Source: Planctomycetota bacterium (GTDB lineage Bacteria; Planctomycetota; UBA1135; GCA-002748355). From it: a stretch of DNA of 62,555 nucleotides. The translations under genes and the position numbers were made by a program. Numbering within the stretch: the stretch's first letter is position 1; each line of letters starts with the position of its first letter. The stretch lies in the NCBI GenBank assembly GCA_002685965.1, contig NYZE01000144.1:1-62555 (forward strand). Reading direction: 5' to 3'. This document shows positions 58,466 through 62,555 of the stretch, in pieces. The notes under the pieces are model-generated. The model saw only the letters and a list, made by a program, of their open reading frames with translations, was not told the origin of the DNA and ran no database searches.

Positions 58466-59077
58466 GAGCTTGTGCACGAACTCGCGTAGCGCCTTGCCGC
58501 GGTGACTAACCGCGTCCTTCTCTGCGGCGTCCAGCTCCGCGAAGCTCGCGCTGGTCCCCGCCGGCACGAACACGGGGTCGTAGCCGAACCCTGCATCGCC
58601 GGCGGGCGAGTGGCTGATCGTCCCTTCACAGCGCTGTTCCGTCGAGAGGAATGAAGCACCGTCGACCCGGATCGCGACAAGGCTGCACACGAAATGTGCC
58701 GATCGATGCGCAGATGGTCGCTTCCCGAGCTCTTCGAGCAGCTTGGTGATCTGTTCGGCGTCGCTGGCGCCTTCCCCGGCCCAACGCGCCGAAAGCACGC
58801 CGGGCGCCCCGTCGAGCGCGTCGACGCACAAGCCGCTGTCGTCGGCCAGGACGATCGCGTCGGCGGCAACGCCCGCCGCCAGGAGCAGTCCGGCGGCCGT
58901 CTCGGCTTTCTTGCGCGCGTTGCCTGCGAAATCCGGCGCATCCTCGGTCGGAGCGAACACCCCCGCGCTGGCCAGGTGGTCCATGGTGCGCACGGTCACG
59001 GCGGCCGGGAGACGGCGCCCGAGCTCAGCCGCCTTCTTGTGGTTGTTCGTGGCTAGCCAGAGTTCGACACCGCTCAT
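58451..59077 (-). CDS. rdgB: Non-canonical purine NTP pyrophosphatase (dITP/XTP)
   Basis: LATNNHKK, ADDSGLCVDALDGAPGVLSAR, GFGYDPVF and SHRGKA. ATG 59077 overlaps the rph stop. Confidence 0.95.
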   Translation of the reverse strand: MSGVELWLATNNHKKAAELGRRLPAAVTVRTMDHLASAGVFAPTEDAPDFAGNARKKAETAAGLLLAAGVAADAIVLADDSGLCVDALDGAPGVLSARWAGEGASDAEQITKLLEELGKRPSAHRSAHFVCSLVAIRVDGASFLSTEQRCEGTISHSPAGDAGFGYDPVFVPAGTSASFAELDAAEKDAVSHRGKALREFVHKLLESL

Positions 59078-59802
59078 GCGTCCGAGCGCAGCGCCTCTTC
59101 CTGCAAGTCCAAGAGCTGCCGGCAGCCGCGTTCGGCCAGGTCGAGCATGGCGTCGAACTGCTCGCGGTTCAGGGTCGCGCGCTCGGAGCTGCTCTGGACC
59201 TCGACGAATCCTCCGGCGCCGGTCATCGCCACGTTCATGTCGACCTCGGCGCGGTTGTCCTCCGCGGCGCAGAGATCGAGGCGCGGCTCGCCGTCGACAA
59301 TGCCCACGCTGCAGGCAGCGACCGGGCTTGCGATCGGCCACTTGTTGATCCGTTTGTCCTCCTCGAGCTTGCGCAAGGCATCGAACAGCGCGACGTAGCC
59401 GCCCGTGATCGCCAGGGTTCGCGTGCCGCCGTCGGCTGAGAGGACGTCGCAGTCGATCCAGAACGACATCTCGGGCAGCTGCTTGAGGTGCACCGCCATG
59501 CGCAGGCAGCGACCGATGAGCCGTTGGATCTCCATCGAACGCCCGTCGCGGCGGCCAAGGCTGGCTTCCCTTGCCTTACGCGACGGTGTCGAGCCGGGCA
59601 GCATGGAGTACTCCGCCGTGAGCCAACCATGGCCGGAGTGTTGCAGCCATGCCGGTACGGCATCGGTGTGGGAACAAGTACAGAGGACGACGGTCTCGCC
59701 GGCAGCGATCAGCACGGACCCGGCAGCATTCTTGGTGAAGCCGCGTTGGATCGTGATTTCGCGCAGGGCATCGGACGGACGGTCGCCGTTTCGCTTCGAC
59801 AA
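59074..59802 (-). CDS. rph: Ribonuclease PH
   Basis: GWLTAEYSMLP, EIQRLIGR, DCDVLSADGGTR and VDMNV. TTG start with GGAG RBS. Confidence 0.96.
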   Translation of the reverse strand: MSKRNGDRPSDALREITIQRGFTKNAAGSVLIAAGETVVLCTCSHTDAVPAWLQHSGHGWLTAEYSMLPGSTPSRKAREASLGRRDGRSMEIQRLIGRCLRMAVHLKQLPEMSFWIDCDVLSADGGTRTLAITGGYVALFDALRKLEEDKRINKWPIASPVAACSVGIVDGEPRLDLCAAEDNRAEVDMNVAMTGAGGFVEVQSSSERATLNREQFDAMLDLAERGCRQLLDLQEEALRSDA

Positions 59803-60124
59803 CGGGGGGCTCCGGTGATCGGGCGGGACGAGAGGGCTGCGGAAAGATACCCGCGGCGGGCCGATGGCGGAACTCCCTATGGGGCGGCCCGTCGTCAGGC
59901 GCCACTGCGCGGCTCCGGTTAGCTCGCCTGCTTGTGCCGCCTCCCCGTTGCGACGACATGCCGAAGCGGTGTTGGCGTCCTTCCCGGGCGGCTCCTGCTC
60001 TCCTCGATCGGCCGCTGCGCGGGCGAGCACCTCCACATTCTCCTCAAGTGGCCGCCCCGAGGAGGTCGAAGGATCCGCTGGCACCGGGCGTTGCCTCGCG
60101 TGCGCGGACTCGGAACCCCAAGCT

Positions 60125-61549
60125 ATGAAGACAGATGGAACTGCAATCCCCAGGATTCTCGTCGTTGATGGCGAGGATGCGACCCGGCAAGGCCTCAAGG
60201 CCCTGCTGACCGCCCATGGCGCCTGGGTCGAAACTACCGCCAACCTCGAAGACGCGACCCGTCGCAACGACCACCAGCCATTCGACATGGTGTTCGTTGA
60301 CTCTGAGGCGTCTGGAGAAGCGGATCCCAGGGCCCTGACCCGCCTGAGTGGGGGCGACACGCCACCGGAGATCGTGCTCCTGGCGAGCGATGGCGCCATC
60401 TCGTCCGGCGAGGCGATGCGCTATGGCGCGACCGACTCGATCGGCAAGCCGCTGGAGCGCGAACACATCCTCGCGTTGACGGACCGATGCCTCGAGGCTC
60501 GTCTGCTCAAGGCCCGCGTGGAACGCTTGCAGGGGCGAGTGCAGGAGCTGACATCGATCGAACTGGTCGGTCAGAGCGCGCACTTGCGTCAGCTTTCGAC
60601 GCGTATCGAACAAGTCGCCCATGCCCCGGACACCACGATCCTGATCGAAGGTGAAAGCGGGACCGGCAAAGAACTCGTCGCGCGCAGCATCCACGAGATG
60701 TCGAGCCGTCGTGACGGTCCGTTTGTCGTCGTCAACTGCGCCGCACTGAGCGAGAGCCTGCTGGAAGCCGAACTGTTCGGCTACGAGGCTGGCGCGTTCC
60801 GGGGCGCGACGCGCGAAGGCAAGGAAGGGCTGTTCTCGATCGCCGACGGTGGCACGTTGCTGCTGGACGAGATCTCCGAGATGCCGACCAACCTGCAGGC
60901 GAAGCTCTTGCGTGTGCTCCAGGAGCGCTCGTACCGACGCGTCGGCGGCGCCAAGGATCGTCCGGCCCGTGCGCGGGTCATCGCGGCGAGCACTCGCAAC
61001 TTGATGCAGGAAGTCCAGGCTGGACGCTTCAAGGAAGATCTCTTCTATCGCCTGCACGTGATCACGATGAAGGTCGTCCCGCTGCGCGATCGCACGGACG
61101 ACATCCCACTGCTCGCCCACTACTTCCTCGACCACTTCGGTCGTCAGATGGGCAAGGCGCTGTCTGGGTTCAGCGAAGACGCGATGGAGACCCTGTCCGA
61201 GCGCTCGTGGCCCGGCAACGTGCGTGAGCTCAAGAACGCTGTCGAGCACGCCGCCATCGTGTGCGCTGCCGGCCTCGTCGACGAATGTCACCTACCCCGC
61301 TGGGACGGTGGCGCGCCAGACGGCACGGACGTCATTCCGCGCGATACCGTTGAGTTGCCGGAGGGCGATCGTTCGCTCCGTTCCGTCGAGAAGATCCTCG
61401 TCACGATGGTGCTCGAGGAGACCGCCTGGAACATCAGCAAGGCCGCCTCGATGCTCGGCATCAACCGCACGACGCTCTACAACAAGATCAAGCTGCACGG
61501 CCTCGGTTCGCGTCCACGCGCGACCGTGCCGGATTGTCTGACGAGTTGA
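60125..61549 (+). CDS. NtrC/AtoC-type REC-AAA+-Fis regulator with variant GAFRGA loop
   Basis: GESGTGKE, EAELFG, LLDEI, FKEDLFYRL, WPGNVREL and LGINRTTLY. Start moved to ATG 60125. Confidence 0.9.
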   Translation: MKTDGTAIPRILVVDGEDATRQGLKALLTAHGAWVETTANLEDATRRNDHQPFDMVFVDSEASGEADPRALTRLSGGDTPPEIVLLASDGAISSGEAMRYGATDSIGKPLEREHILALTDRCLEARLLKARVERLQGRVQELTSIELVGQSAHLRQLSTRIEQVAHAPDTTILIEGESGTGKELVARSIHEMSSRRDGPFVVVNCAALSESLLEAELFGYEAGAFRGATREGKEGLFSIADGGTLLLDEISEMPTNLQAKLLRVLQERSYRRVGGAKDRPARARVIAASTRNLMQEVQAGRFKEDLFYRLHVITMKVVPLRDRTDDIPLLAHYFLDHFGRQMGKALSGFSEDAMETLSERSWPGNVRELKNAVEHAAIVCAAGLVDECHLPRWDGGAPDGTDVIPRDTVELPEGDRSLRSVEKILVTMVLEETAWNISKAASMLGINRTTLYNKIKLHGLGSRPRATVPDCLTS

Positions 61550-61601
61550 TGCGGCGCGGCGGGCGCGCGAGGTCGCTCGCCCCTGGCCTGGTCTCTCGCA
61601 G

Positions 61602-62261
61602 CTAACGCCGGTCGAGTTCGGCCAGCCGCGCCAGCAGCGTCTGCTGCCCCGCGTGGTCGGCCAGCAAGTGCCGAAGCGCTTCGTCACGTAGGGCGAAGGA
61701 GATGCGCGACAAAAGGTGCAGATGGGCGCGGACGCCTGGACTCACGACGACGAAGAGAGCATCGACGGGCTTGCCGTCGAGAGCCGCCCAGTCGACGGGC
61801 TGGTCGAGGAAGAACAGTCCGGCGAGCGGCGAGTCGACGTGCAGCACGAGTGGCCGGCGCAGGTGTGGCACGGCGACGCCATCGCCGACACCGGTCGAGC
61901 CGAGGTCTTCGCGAGCGAGCAACACTTGCCAGAAGAACTCCCGATCGACGAGGTCGGGCAGTAGTAGGCGTTGGGCGACGGCGTGCAGCGCGGTTTCGAC
62001 GTCTTCGCCCGGAACGTCGTGGTGCACGCCACCGATCGAGATGGCTTCCGCAAGGCCGATCTGTGGACCGTCCTCTTCGCCCGGGACGTCACGGGCCAGC
62101 CGCAAGCTGTGCTGGTCGGCCCACTCGATGAGCTCATCGCGGCCGTAGGTGGCCTCGCCGTCCGATGGGCGCTCGGGCAGGCCGTAGGTCTCGACCCAAC
62201 GCCGGATCGTGCGCTCCGACACCTGGAGCAGCTGCGCAGCGTCGCTGATCGAAAGGTTCAT
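61602..62261 (-). CDS. Excisionase-like HTH fused to a PTS EIIA (Ntr/Fru-type) domain
   Basis: AAQLLQVSERTIRRW HTH; RE..GSTGVGDGVAVPH phosphorylation site; DGKPV and HLHLLSRI. Confidence 0.88.
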   Translation of the reverse strand: MNLSISDAAQLLQVSERTIRRWVETYGLPERPSDGEATYGRDELIEWADQHSLRLARDVPGEEDGPQIGLAEAISIGGVHHDVPGEDVETALHAVAQRLLLPDLVDREFFWQVLLAREDLGSTGVGDGVAVPHLRRPLVLHVDSPLAGLFFLDQPVDWAALDGKPVDALFVVVSPGVRAHLHLLSRISFALRDEALRHLLADHAGQQTLLARLAELDRR

Positions 62262-62331
62262 GGCACCGAAGTCTCCCGGAACAGAACAGACGCCGCAAGC
62301 TCGGTATGGTGCGATAGCTGGCGGATGCGGT

Positions 62332-62553
62332 TCAGGTGACCCGCAACGCGCGCGCGGCGCGCAGCAGCAGCAGCTCGGCGCGCGGCGGTTTCGCCAGGCT
62401 CCACGCGCGTTCGAGCGCGGTGGCGTAGCCGGTCAGCTGGGCGCGATAGCGGCCGCCGAGCTGCTCGATTCCGTAGGCGGCCTGAAAGAGGCGCAGGTCG
62501 AGCAGTGATCGCAGCAGACTCCGTCGCGCCGTCGCGAACTCAGCCAGGTAGGC
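62332..62553 (-). CDS. 3' end of a CDS entering from the window edge; possibly the C-terminus of an AddA/RecB-type nuclease domain
   Basis: Manual translation ...GGRYRAQLTGYATALERAWSLAKPPRAELLLLRAARALRVT*. Y..QL..Y..AL resembles the RecB-family QxxxY helix, but no upstream DYK motif is visible. Confidence 0.4.
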   Translation of the reverse strand, partial: AYLAEFATARRSLLRSLLDLRLFQAAYGIEQLGGRYRAQLTGYATALERAWSLAKPPRAELLLLRAARALRVT

Positions 62554-62555
62554 GA

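Noticed and set aside
60079-60094. TGGCAC...TTGC sigma54 promoter-like site upstream of the enhancer-binding protein
   Set aside because: The GG-to-GC spacing is 11 nt, not the strictly required 10.

Overview
A 62.5-kb, high-GC (roughly two-thirds by eye), gene-dense bacterial chromosomal region with about 50 CDSs. The gene content suggests a Planctomycetota-like organism (inference, from a LepB with a large insert, lepA-lepB-lptB synteny, a sulfatase-HEAT fusion, an HTH-PTS IIA fusion and DUF3857/TPR proteins). It carries a TetR-flanked lipA/2-oxoacid dehydrogenase operon with two E1-alpha paralogues, plus acs, pepP, metF with an NSS transporter, hutU-lemA-htpX, acpS, arsM, lutA with a lutB-lutC fusion, rluB, an M16 peptidase pair, fabI, moxR, lptB, lepB, lepA, rdgB, rph and several signalling proteins. 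I found no CRISPR array, rRNA, tRNA, IS element, prophage or recognisable defence system. The best candidates for something undescribed are: (1) a coupled pair of giant secreted TPR-DUF3857-transglutaminase-like paralogues, one with an intact Cys-His-Asp triad and one lacking it; (2) a probable unannotated structured RNA with an intrinsic terminator at about 52.57-52.73 kb and a palindrome-packed spacer at about 41.1-41.3 kb; (3) the two-E1-alpha/one-E1-beta dehydrogenase with paired TetR operators; (4) a window-wide leaderless-promoter grammar (TANNNT-N6-8-start codon) that allows nearly gap-free divergent gene pairs; (5) degenerate proteins: a kinase-less TM-PAS-REC-HPt protein, a GAFRGA enhancer-binding protein and a possibly inactive NYN domain on a repeat-rich disordered tail. 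All functional calls come from motif recognition by eye; no searches were run.
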